A stretch of DNA of 64,000 nt from Schizochytrium sp. TIO01 (taxonomy: Eukaryota; Protista; Bigyra: Labyrinthulomycetes), in assembly GCA_004764695.1 (NCBI GenBank), contig SMSO01000035.1, forward strand, positions 3,050,040 through 3,114,039. Direction: 5' to 3'. Shown in pieces: positions 1-12,000 of this stretch. The translations under genes and the position numbers were made by a program. Numbering within the stretch: the stretch's first letter is position 1; the number at the start of each line of letters is the position of its first letter. The notes beneath the pieces were generated by a model. That model had not been told where the DNA came from. It made no database searches and saw only the letters and a list, made by a program, of their open reading frames with translations.

Positions 1-1252
1 GTGCGAGTCGTTTGACCTCTTGAAATGAACTGGATAGTCAATCATTTGGTGGCTTGTGCGGTGAGTTTCTTACGTTCTCTTGCGTCCCTGGCCTATCAAA
101 GCGAGAAGACTATGCTAGACTATTACTAGTATGACTTATTTATCATCTGCCACATGCTGCAGAACCCATTTAACACTGGTGTTCCCTTAGTTCCCCATGT
201 CCCCTGTTGAGCAAATAAAAGAGTGTCATTCATTGTAGGTAAAGCCTCGTTAAAACTAGCAACCTTGTGCGACGAGAGAATAAACATGTGATGCGAGGCT
301 TACATACAGTTTGGAAAGAATTCAGGTAGGTTCCGGGATGCTGCCGCACGGTGAAACCAAAATTATTTCATTTCATAAATGCTAGCTGGTATAATTCGAA
401 CTGCTTGAAATACTCAAACATGCATTCCAATCTGGCAAGTTTAGCTTGGAGAGCAAAAGAAATTCCTTTCGATTCCTGCCGATTATGAGGGATGCTTAAT
501 TTTTCTCAGTCTAGCTAAATTTCATTTGGCTATGCCTTTGCCTTTAGGAGCAAAACTGCATAATGAGAGAGTATTCGTATGCAATGAAACTGTCTGAGCA
601 CGTTTTAACGTAGCGTAGCTAGCCTCTTAGTTTCCATAATGTGATCTTGGCAAGATGTACAGGATCAGCGATCGGACAGAACCTGGATGTACGTCATAAC
701 AAGCCCCCAAAATTGCTTGGAATCGATGAGTTGTGTTAGTCTTTCATAGTCACAGATCGCAATATTCAATTTAAAAACTCTGAAAATAGCGTGATGCTGA
801 CCTGAAGAATTTGATGCCTCATACGATCTCCAGAATTGTGAAAGAGATAGAATAGTGCTACTTGGGGATTTACATTCTTTCATTTTTACTTAAAAGAAAT
901 CAAGGTACAACAACAGAATCGTTTAAGGTTTGATAATGTAAATATTTATCTTGATTTATATGCTGGGTGTATGTGCATCAATAAGGCGAGCATTGCTGTA
1001 CGTAGAGTAAAGTTAATCACCATTGATAATTCTACTCTCCTTGCGAAAAGGAAGAACAAACCTATTTGAAGAATCTATTCTGTTTGTAAAATGAACATTA
1101 AAACTAAAAAGTTCGGAAAAGAGAAGGTGTAGTTTTATATATATAGGAAAGATCAGGCGTGACAAAGACCGAAAGTTTCTTTTGTCGTATTTGAGTATAC
1201 AACAATATGTCATCTAACTTAGCGTATTATTATAACCTGATGACGTTCACGT

Positions 1253-3229
1253 TTATTCATCATCGTCTTCATCTAAAACAATTGGATCGGTGCGTGTTCC
1301 TAAACCTGACATTCGCACGGACGATCTTTGTTGAGGAGGCATTGTCAAAGATCCCTGGCTTAAAAAATCCCAGAATTCCATATTGCCCCCTCTGGACCGC
1401 TCTGAGTTTACGCGCCGGTTTTGGCGCCCATATCCAATTGGCAGGTCTGAAAAAAAAGTAGAAGCTTCCTCAGGCATATGTGCCATTAATGGGCCAAGTA
1501 CCTCACCAATGGTTAATGCTAAATTAGACGACTGTCGTGCTTCAGAGGTGGCAGCGGCCGCAGCAGCCATCGCAGCAGCTGTGACAGCAGAGGGTGACGA
1601 GTTTGCCGCAGATGGAGATCGTCTTCTGGATGGCAAATGTGCAGATTGTAAGCGCGTACTCCGAAGAGGAAGGTCTGTACCTAATGCCGATGGAACAACA
1701 TCGTTGCTAAGGGAAGGAGAGAACGCGTTGTAGTGAGATAACTGAGATCCCTGACCTAAAGAGGATCCAGCGTTTCCAGACTCAAACTCTGTGCGTTGAG
1801 TATAGTTGACACGAAGCCCCAACGACCGCGCGACAAGAGCAATGTGATCCATGAAATCATGAATATCATCATCCGATTCTTCGTCCTCCCGCTCTAGGGT
1901 GTCTCGAAGCTCACGGGGTACGACATCCTTGGAAACTCCCGTCTTGCTGGAGGTAAGGCCTTTCACAACACGTTTACAATGGGGACAGCGACAACTACGT
2001 TGAAACCATTTATCAATACATCCAAAGCAAAATCGATGCTCACAAGAACTGAGCACACCGCGTTCGTCAATTGTCTCAAAACAGATACCGCAAGGGTCAA
2101 CGTCAGTATCTGTGTTTGGCTCAGGCGGTTGCGAAGTACTGCATAAAGCAGACGGTAGAACATCTACAGACGCTGGAGTGGTAGTAGCTGACGCATATTC
2201 CTTTCTCACTGGCGATCTGGGAGCACTTTGACGGCTTGGCGGACGTGTGCGACAGTCTGTCCAGGAAGGGCAATCAAACTCATCTGTTCTAGGGGTTGTG
2301 AGGTCCGATTGAGGCTTTGGCTTGGACGAAGGTTTTAATACTGAACGACGAGCTCGCTGGTGATGTAAAGACTGCAAGTGAGACTGTGATTCTTGTGGCC
2401 GCAGTTCCGGCTGCTCACTATGGCGCGAACTAGCACGCTGGCAAAGAAATGAAGCCTGCGAGCCCTTGGACATGACTTCATTTTCCTCTGGTGCACGTAC
2501 TGAGTTTGCAGAAGAGAATGGATACTTCAAAAGCCCATCGTCTTCGTGATCAATTCTAATGGGTTCGTTTGTTGATGATCTAGCTACATTAACACCAGAG
2601 GTTTCCATGGGGGGTACCATTGCTCGAGAGTTCGTTTCTTCTGAATGTAAACCTGAGCCCAAATGTCCTGCCCTACGAGCTGAGTTGAGGCCAGTATCCT
2701 GCGAATGTGATGCTGCTGCCGCACTACCATGCGCCAGCTTACGTCTCTTACTAAGTTTGTGCGATGGCGTCGCCGAGGAGGCCAGTTTATCCTCAGCTAT
2801 TGAGTTAGAGCTTGTGCTGCTGCTTGTCGCCATGTGGGCTATTCTCCAGGTTTGATGCTGGTCCTCGTCGGCGTTTTCTACGTACTCTGGAAAGCTACTG
2901 TTGCTATTTCCGTTGCTGCTACTACCAAGGCTCCAAATACTGTTGCTCCCACCGTAGTCAAAATAATCGCCCAGTGTGGAACGCGAATGGTTTGTATGCC
3001 GTGAGCTTGTGCTAATGCCAAGGTTTCCGTAGCGGTTGTTGCTATCGCCGAAGTCGTCGCTGTGGAGACCACTTTGAACACCGCTGCGTTTTGTGTCAGA
3101 TCCGGGTTCTTCAGAAGCTTCTGTGTAGCGTCTCTTGGGCCTGGTTGCACGTCCTGAGGCGATCCTCGAGGCAGATTCGTGCGCCCTAGCCTCGCCGCCA
3201 CAGCGGTCAAGCACCGACCGCTTCATCAT
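1253..3229 (-). CDS. RING-HC (C3HC4) finger protein, putative E3 ubiquitin ligase with SIM-like motifs (Topors/PHRF1-like RING)
   Basis: 658-aa intronless ORF with ATG at 3229. Contains CGICFETIDERGVLSSCEHRFCFGCIDKWFQRSCRCPHCK (C3HC4 spacing) at about 2095-1975. The rest is Ser-rich and disordered, and it ends in DPIVLDEDDDE. Confidence 0.88.
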   Translation of the reverse strand: MMKRSVLDRCGGEARAHESASRIASGRATRPKRRYTEASEEPGSDTKRSGVQSGLHSDDFGDSNNRYGNLGISTSSRHTNHSRSTLGDYFDYGGSNSIWSLGSSSNGNSNSSFPEYVENADEDQHQTWRIAHMATSSSTSSNSIAEDKLASSATPSHKLSKRRKLAHGSAAAASHSQDTGLNSARRAGHLGSGLHSEETNSRAMVPPMETSGVNVARSSTNEPIRIDHEDDGLLKYPFSSANSVRAPEENEVMSKGSQASFLCQRASSRHSEQPELRPQESQSHLQSLHHQRARRSVLKPSSKPKPQSDLTTPRTDEFDCPSWTDCRTRPPSRQSAPRSPVRKEYASATTTPASVDVLPSALCSTSQPPEPNTDTDVDPCGICFETIDERGVLSSCEHRFCFGCIDKWFQRSCRCPHCKRVVKGLTSSKTGVSKDVVPRELRDTLEREDEESDDDIHDFMDHIALVARSLGLRVNYTQRTEFESGNAGSSLGQGSQLSHYNAFSPSLSNDVVPSALGTDLPLRSTRLQSAHLPSRRRSPSAANSSPSAVTAAAMAAAAAATSEARQSSNLALTIGEVLGPLMAHMPEEASTFFSDLPIGYGRQNRRVNSERSRGGNMEFWDFLSQGSLTMPPQQRSSVRMSGLGTRTDPIVLDEDDDE

Positions 3230-6030
3230 GTCCGCTACAAAGAAAAGTCAATATGACCGCAAAGCCAGAGCGACCAGACCTTTCGGTCTTTGCTATTGCG
3301 GGACCAGGGGAGAGTCGAACGCGGGTGCGAGTGACCTACCGAGCGACCGAGCGACTGTGTTCGCTTGCTCGCTCGCTCGCTTGCTTGTTTGCTTGCTTGC
3401 TTCTCGCCGCGTTGCGTCGCCAATCGGAATTGCTGTGCGATTTCACTTTTCATTTTAATTATAAAAAATAATAATAATCAACTTAGCTTTTTCTTTCTTT
3501 CTTTGTTTCTTTCTTTGTTTCTTCAAAATAAATATTCAGTAAATTTGATTTTCATCTGCTTTTCCTTTTGCATGCTTTCTAAAGCTCATACGCAGTATTT
3601 TGATCGCTACTTCCGCATCACAGAGGACGTTTTAAAGGTAGCAACTATGGCTATCTCGAAACCCTGTTCGGACTGATCCTGAGGTTCAATACTACAGGTT
3701 GGTATTTCATTCTTGTTGTAAACTAGCAGCCAAATTTTAGGTAATTTCAGGGAGAACTGGCAGGTCCAGGCTGCTGCAGCTTGAGGACCTCCAACGTGAT
3801 TCCGTCTCCAGACGCATCTGCAGCATGAGCCTCTCAAGCCTCGATTCTGCAAAGCCCACAACTTCATCAGATGGCGTGAGCTTGGCTAGCCAAGAGTGTG
3901 CGCTTGTTTATCTCTCTCTAAAGGGTGGGCCAGTTTGCGCAAGTAGGCTATAGATGGTTTGCTGTACTTGTGAGAGAATAGTTCATTGTGTGGGGACGCA
4001 TAGTTCACTTGTGCACTTGCGAACGGCTTTGTGTGTGCGAGGCGCACTCCGTGCAGTGGGTTGTACAAGTAGGTTATAGACGAGGCCTTCACTTAATGGG
4101 ACGCGAGAGTTGTAGAGTATAGGAACACGCTACAGTGAGGAAGAGCACAGAACCTGCGCAAAGGTAAGACCATTTCTGAAGGGTCGGTCGCAGTCGTGTT
4201 CCACGATTTCCATGCGAATCCAACCAAGGAATTTGTTTCCTCAGTTCAATTTGTGACAGTTCGCCAAAGTGCAGTCGGTTCAGACTCCACGCACGTATCT
4301 ATGCGCATTCTTCTGAAGGCGTCTTCAGCATGAATCAACTGCTTTCACCATCGTCGATAAAGGTACCTACTGTCATTTATAATTCATTAGCGAGCTCTTC
4401 GGAGAACATCGCTGTTTGGTATCGCAATCATTCCGCAGAGAATAAACTCCTCAGCCAAGATGACGCCTACATCTCTCGACCATCCCTCTCCATGTTGAAA
4501 GCACCATTACAGATTCACGACCAATATTCGTGAATATGTATGTGTGTTTGTTTGTACGTTGCAAATTACAGGCATTTGGCTGGCGGAAGGCTAATCAGCA
4601 AGTCGAGCAAATAATTGCAGAGGCCCAAAAGGTCACGAAGCTTTTCGGAGTGGCGGCAAGCGAGATCATCACAAAGCCCTCCATGCGTAGTTGCAGCGAG
4701 TCATGCGCCGAGCGGAATTCGAGAGCACGTCAAGAGTTGCTTCTGGACTAGGAAAGCATCCTCTGGACAGATTGTTGAGTTCGCCGCCCTTGTTGGCGCT
4801 CCTGAAAGTCTAAGTGTACTTTGCTCCAAGGACCTGGAATTACTACAGTCAGAGAGTGAGCGAGAGTTGCCACGCTGCAAAGGGAGGACTAGAGGGAGAC
4901 GGAGGCCGAGAACGGCGCGAGGGTTCTCCAACTCCAAAGCTGGAGGTAGAACCGGGCGAACAATTCCAACAGGTTCTTCGACTATTAGTAGGCATCAATC
5001 AGGTGGTAAGTAGACAGGAACTATCTATCTATCTCATATTACAGAAACTGACCATCGCAAACGGAATTAGGACATGCCAGCAAAAACCAGCTGCTCGACA
5101 CGAGAAGAGCGAGAGGAAGGAATGAACAAGACAAGCGCGAGCAAATGAGAAGCAAGGCCAGAAATACCTTAATTGCTTATGATCAAAGTAACCCAAGCTT
5201 GCCTTTAAAAAGGTCGCCTTCTTTTAAACAAATCACAAAGTGCCATCTTTCCAGCAATTGCTATCAAGATTTATGCTCTGGTCATCGCAGTTTGCGACAA
5301 CTGTCCTTGAAGTGATGCATGTTTGCTCTCGCGGCGATATACGTGGCGAAGTTTACAATACAACTGGCCACCACAGAACTTGCTTTGCTTTGCTTTGGAC
5401 AAGATGAGTTGGTTGGACTTGAAGCGTAGGTAGTACCTACTTTAGTAGTATTCAGTCAATATACGAAATCTTCCTCGAAAATATCATTCACTTAAAAAAA
5501 AAGAGTTACTAAAGAGTAAGTAAGCGTGTTTATGAGGGCAATTCACTGCCCTCGTAAGGAAAAGAAAGAAAGAAAAGGAAAAAAAGGAAAAAAGGGAAGC
5601 AGCTAGAAGAAGGCGGCGGCGACATGATCAAAAGAAGCACGCCTCTTTATAATAGAATGATAACCCCAAATGCCAACCAGTTGGCCCGTTTTTCTCACAC
5701 ACATGACACGAAACAGACGCAAAAGTTTAAAAGATGAAACGAAATTAACTTCTTTCATCTTTCTCCGCCTTTTGCTTTGCTTGTTTTATAAACTATGATG
5801 TTTATTCCATTTTGCTGTTTTTGCTGTTGTTGATTTGTTCTTTGTATAGGTTTGAAGTTGTTTTGGTTTTTGCTGTGATTTTTTGTTGTTTGATTTTTTG
5901 CTGTTTTTGTGATTTTCTTTGTGCTGTTCGTGAAAAGTGTATGGACTGGTTGGTTCATGATACTTTTTTTTAAATTATATGTAACTCGGGGCTCATCAAA
6001 ATTGTGACCATACCTCCTTGTCCTAGCTCC

Positions 6031-9000
6031 TTAACAAATCTCCGTAAGCCATTCGGAAAACTCAGAGTTGACCAACGACGCCGTCACAGGGCCGATGGAA
6101 ACCGTAGAGTCATTCGAAGACGGGACGTGATCGTCTGTAGTAACATTTACATCCATCAGTGGGTCCACCACAGACATGTGCGCCATGCCAAAATCATTTT
6201 CGTCAAAGATGGATGCCGTGTCAACGTCAGCAACGGGGCCGACGCTCTGCGCGTCAGCTCCGACTGCGGCCACTGCAGCAGTGGCATCTGTGACAGGGTC
6301 ATCCATAAAAGATACGCTCGATGCATCGGACATCTCGCGTTTCATGTACAACAGCTGGTGCACCTCCTCGTTGCTTGCAGCTGCACTGGTCAGACTAGAC
6401 ACGCTCTTATTATCATCATTCAAGTCAAAGAGTTCACGTTCCGTGTCATCGGCAAGAAGGAAAGATCTCCATCCTGGGGAATCCGGAATAGAACATTGGT
6501 CGAGATCACTTACGATGCTCGATGAGGACATACCCGGAAAGACCTGCTTCATCGGCGAAGCATCAAAAGGATCCAAAGGCAGCATCGGCGGCAACAACAT
6601 CGCATTATTCGACTTGCCGAGCGCAGGTCCCCGTGTCGCCTTGGCCTTCTTTGAAGGCTTCTGCGGCGTCAGAGCCAATGGCGAGACCACGATGGGGATA
6701 GGGGCATTCACAGGTGTGGAAGAACCCTTGCTTGCAGAAGACGAAGTGATAATAACACTTGTAGGCTGCAGTGGTGGCGGTGGCAATTGTTGTTGCTGTG
6801 ACTGCATAGGCGGTTGCTGTTGCTGCGGTTGAGGCTGCTGTACTGCAACCGAGGGGATCGGGGCAATAGTAGAAGCTTTGGCTGCTGCTGGTTTCGCAGA
6901 CGTGGCAGAAGCCACCATACCAGCCGCCTTTGCTGCTGCGGAAACGTTTGTCTTTCCTGTCATTGAAAGAGTTGCTGTTGCTGTTGTTGTTGTTGAAGTC
7001 TTGTGGGTAGCCATAGTGGAGGGAGCAAGAGTAGAAGTAGAGTGGGCCGGAGGAGCAACCGTGCTAGTCGCGCTAGCAGAAGCTCCAGACACACTTACGG
7101 AAGATTTCTTGCGCCGCTTGGTGGTTGTAGCATTGACAGCCTGTGAGCCAAGAGACGCCTTCTTCTTCTTAGACGAGGCGGCCTCTCTGCCACTAGTAGG
7201 TGCATTGTCCTTGCCATTGGCACTGCTTGTAGTGCCTTGTGTACCGGTGCTCGAGGCTCGCGCGAGCGAACCGGGTGCCGCCTTGGAGTCATTGCTGGTA
7301 GTTTTCCCATTGTTAGCGTTGTTAGTGCTAGAGTTACCAGCGAGACCCGCGGTATTCGCGTGAGTGTTAGTGTTGCCGCTAGTTGCGGAGTTCGAGGTTG
7401 TAGCATTGTTAGATGCCGACGAAGTCGCCGCAGAGCTGGCCATTTTCTTGATGCGTTGTTGCTCCGTGTACCAAACACGGATACAGAGGTCTCGATCGAC
7501 CACGCCTGCAACAATAGGTTTCATAACAGATGTGATAGGATGCGGGATTTGGTTAGGTGCTACCTTGCGTGGTGCTAAATCCGTGCGCATCAGCGATGGA
7601 AGTGCCACAGGCACATTTCGTGCACGAGCCAAGTGAACATTCTTTAGCATCTCCTCAATTGTTGTGGGTGGCTTCACCACCAAGTGCTCAATGCTTGCAG
7701 TTCGAGTACGCAGAAGCTGGGCTACCTCCTGAACTCGCATGCGGAGGTCTTCAAAGTACCATCGCTCAAGGCACAATGTCAAATGCCCATTGTGCTGAGA
7801 ACGGTGCTGTTGCCAGCACTCTGAGCAAAAGACAGCCGGCCGGGAGCGGAGTACCTTGCACATGGGGTTTGGAACTATCTTGCATCGGTTCGGGTCCACG
7901 CCAGGAGTCTTCACAGGAATGCCATTGGCACCAACAGTAGCGGAAGGCTTGCATCCATTGGGTGCGCTTCCTGCAGCTCCTGAAGCAAGAGGCTTCTTGT
8001 CCGTGGCCTGCGCCACGTGTTGTTGTTGTTGTTGTTGCTGCTGCTGCTGCAAGGTTGTTGAGCCTGCAGCTCCAGCAGAAGACGCGGCAGAAGCTCCAGG
8101 CCGTGATACAGCACCGTTCATCGGTTGCCCGTTCGCGCATGCGGGAGCACCGTGGTACCCAGAGGGCACGCGGTTTGCTCCGTTATAAGCGTTCACTGCT
8201 CCATGAGCTTGCGGGTGCCTGCCCTGACAGGATGCAGCCGTTGAGTTCCACTGTCCTCGCGGGGGTTGCCCTTGCTGGGCCCGAGCCTGAGTATGCATGT
8301 TCAACGAGGACATCGGACCAGTACGAACTCCCGGAGCATGGCTACCGAGAACACCAGACATTCTGCACTGATTCGTCATTGCGTTGGCGATAGCACACGC
8401 ACTTGACGCAGAACGCGACATCTGATCATCCTTGCCAACAGCTTTGCCATATGCTGCGGCGTGCATTCCGAGCGGTGGACACGGAGGCAAAATCTTGCCA
8501 CCAGGCATGCTACCGCCAACAAGTTCACGCCAAGTTGCGATGCTGTCAGGAGAAGTACCAAGCATCTCTGCTTCTTGCTCTGTGCAGGAGAAGACCACGT
8601 TGCTTCGAACCGCTGCAGGAGAACTTAGACCATTACGGCGCTTCAGAACAGTCTTTGTGGTGCCATCGAGCTGTACCGTGTAGAATCCATGGCCACTCTT
8701 GGTTACGGTGCCAATTTGGCCCGAGTCGTTCACAATCACGCGGCTATCCACGCGAAGCCAGGTTGGAACAGGCGACCGAGGCTTGCGACGCGAAGTGGTC
8801 TTTTTCTCCGGGCCTCCCATGGTTGTGTTGAGTTTACCAAGGTGGGGCTTGTTGCTCATGCTGTTCGGGAGCCCTGATGATGTCATCCCAGGACGATGGC
8901 TTGCAATGTTTGTTCCATTGGATGACATCCCTGGGCGAAATGCACTCCCAGTCGAAGTTGAAATACCACTGCGATGGACTCCAGTCGCCGAGTTCACCAT

Positions 9001-12000
9001 AGGCCGTGCTTGGTGGGCGTTGTTGGTCGTCGCCGCAGGCGGCACAGAGCCCGTCTTAGCAGCCTCGGACTTCAACTCAGTTTTGATTGAGGATGAAGAA
9101 CAAGTCCTTGCCACGGGTTCGCCAGGTTCGCTACGTGTCTCGAGATCACGAGGAGCAGGACGCTCTGTCTTGATTGGCATGCCTCCACGAGGGTTTGAGA
9201 ATGCAGAACGCCGTTGAGCATCAAGCTGCATCTGCGTAGGGCGTGCCATAGAAGCGTTTGGAGCACCAGCATTCACAGACCCCGGAATTGCCTTGTTCAT
9301 GCCACCATTAGCCATGGCATGTTGATGAGCGGAAGGTACAGGTCGTGTCATACCTCCAGGTGCAGGCCGGCGTGCTGCGAACATTGTGGGCTTGGCTTGC
9401 TGAGAGTTGCTGTTGACGAGTCCCGAACCAGTGCCAGGAACTCCAGCTGCACCAGAACCTGCGTTAGCTGAGGCAGGGGCCCCTGGCACAGGCTTCTTGT
9501 TGGCTGCCATAATGGCCAAAGCTGCATGATTGAGTGTTGCGGTCGTACCCGTTGCATTGAGGTCCATGCTCTTTTCGGGTCCTAGGCAGTCGCAGGTACT
9601 GCAGTAGAAGTAGTGATGAAAGAGCTCGCGGTGGCAGTTCTCGCAATGTGAGGCGTTTGAGCCCACTGGTTCTGGTGCCGGTCGAAACTGGTGTTCAAGA
9701 GCCTGTCGTCGAATTGCCTCTTCACGGTCGAGAGCGTGTTCGAGCTGAGAGGTAAGTAAGCCTAGCAGAGGGTTAGAGAGAGTTGCAGACTTTTGCTTTG
9801 CGGCCTCAAGCTCTGTGATGGCAAGGTCTAATGCAAGATTGAGCATCGGGCGTACTTCCGAAGCGAGTCGAAATGAGGAAACAGCACGTTCCAAAAAGTT
9901 CCACGAGGATGAGACCATGTCACCTCTGGCCATAGTCCAGAACACCGTGCCAGGGCTGATGCCGACGAGCTCCTTGCTCTGTAGCAAGCCATACATGACA
10001 GGAATGCCGTTGCGAATCAGATAGCCTACATTGGGGAAGATCTTGCCGAAATCAGCTCCGTAGAGTTGCCGCGCGGCTTCTGCATGAGATGCCGCAACGG
10101 CACCCCACTCCTCTTGGCCAGGGCCGTGGTTAAGCGAGAACGTACGGTACCTGTTAGTACCCTCACGGAGAGGAGAGCAGACTCCGGATTCCTTGATGGA
10201 CAGCTGAGGACCAGATTTAAGGGTGGGTGGCTGGTAGATGTGAAGAACGTTCAAGGGACTCGTGTACCGGATGCATTCTGGCATTTTCTTGAGCTCCTCA
10301 CGTTGCGCTTTCCAGTTGTCATTTTCTTGGCCCAAAGACTGCCGAGCACAACGAACCGTGTTCATATCTGGCTGCTGTTGAGCCGGGGTTTGCTGAGGCT
10401 GAGGCTGAGCTTGCTGCGGAGCACTTGTCGTGGCAGCGACAGAAGTTGTTGGTGTCGAGATAGGTTTCTCGCTTGTAGGGGAAAGAGTTGCATCAGAACC
10501 TTCGAGCGGAAGCTTGCGTTTGGCTACAGCGGAAGCAGAAGAGTCATCACTGTTATTGCCATCCTTATCTGTGAGATTCGCAGGCACGCCGTGCTCTTTA
10601 GCAGCTGCAGCAGCAGAAGCTCGGGTAGAAACTCGGCGAGTAGATGAACGTTTCGCATCTAGAGCGCGAGACTGTTTCGCCTTCTCTTGGGCCTCTTGCT
10701 CAGCTTGCTTTGTTGCCATCTTTTGAACAGCAGAGCTCAAGGGAAGACTTCCCAAGCGCTCCTCGCGAATTTTGCATGGTCCATAGACAGCAGCATGCTT
10801 GAAGACAGCGACGGGCACACTTGCCTTGGGGACATCAGGGTTGTTGTTATCTGTATTAGCAGAGTTGCTAGTAGATGCGTTGTTGCTGCCATTCGCTGCT
10901 GCGGATTCAGAGGCCTTGGACGGCTTCTTCTTGCCGGTCCGGCGCAACGGCTTGGTGGGGCCACTGACCTTTCCTAAATGTGAGAAACTAAAGAGCTCGT
11001 TACGCAGTCCGGTAGCTTCTACGAGACCTTCCACAATGGTAATGTTCTTGGCGAGAACATTAGCTCCAAACTTCTCCGAATCAAGAGAATCATACTCCTC
11101 CATGTTGACCTTCTGGCGATCGATCTTTGACAAAAGGTTATGCCGTTTGGCCAGCGCCATACATTCTTCGTGCATGGTACACCCGAGCACGCGAACGAAC
11201 GACGTGGAGTTAACCTTGGGAAAGTCAATTTTGGGAAGAGCCTTGACCGCAGGTGCGTTCACGCCTGCCATCACAGGACCTGTGCGGGCCATCTTATGTG
11301 GAGGTTGCCCGTAGCCATGAGGATGTCCAGGTCGGGCACGGTATCCAGGTGCACGCGCCATTGCGGCAGTGGAGTGCACAGGTCGTCCATTGTGGGACAT
11401 GACCATGCCTCGATTGTGGTTGTTGTGCATATTGTTGGGGCCGTTGACATGACTGGGTCCCATGTTCATGGGACGACCTTGTTGCGGATGATAGCTTTGC
11501 TGCGTGGGAACGTTTGGGCGACCTGCATTTGCTGCCTGAGGCAGTGCGGAGCTTGTCGGTGCTTGACCAGGCCTGTTGTTGTTGTTAGGAGTACTTGTAG
11601 TCTGCTGTTGAGCAGCAGGAGTGCTCGCAGGGATAGCAGCAGCAGTAGCAGCAGCGGCGGGCGGTCTTTGGGGTTGTTGTTGGGTAGTGGCAGCAGAGGA
11701 AGCAGTAGTGGTAGAAGGAGTTGCAGTATTCGCAGGGGTGGCGCCTGGTGCTACGTTCACGGCAGTTCTGGCGGCGGGGTTGGTAGACTCCGTCTTAGAC
11801 GCAGAAACTGTGGTGGCCAGGGCAGGTGCAGCATTAGCAGGAGGGACAGCCGCTGCAGAAGTTGAGGTGGCAGAAGCCTGTGGTACTGGAACATTTGCAG
11901 AAGTTTTCACCGGTGCTGATGCAAGAGGTGCAGGAGTGCTGCTGGTTGTACTCGGAGCCTGGGCAGCAGTAGGAGCTGTTACTTGTTGCTGCTGCTGCGC

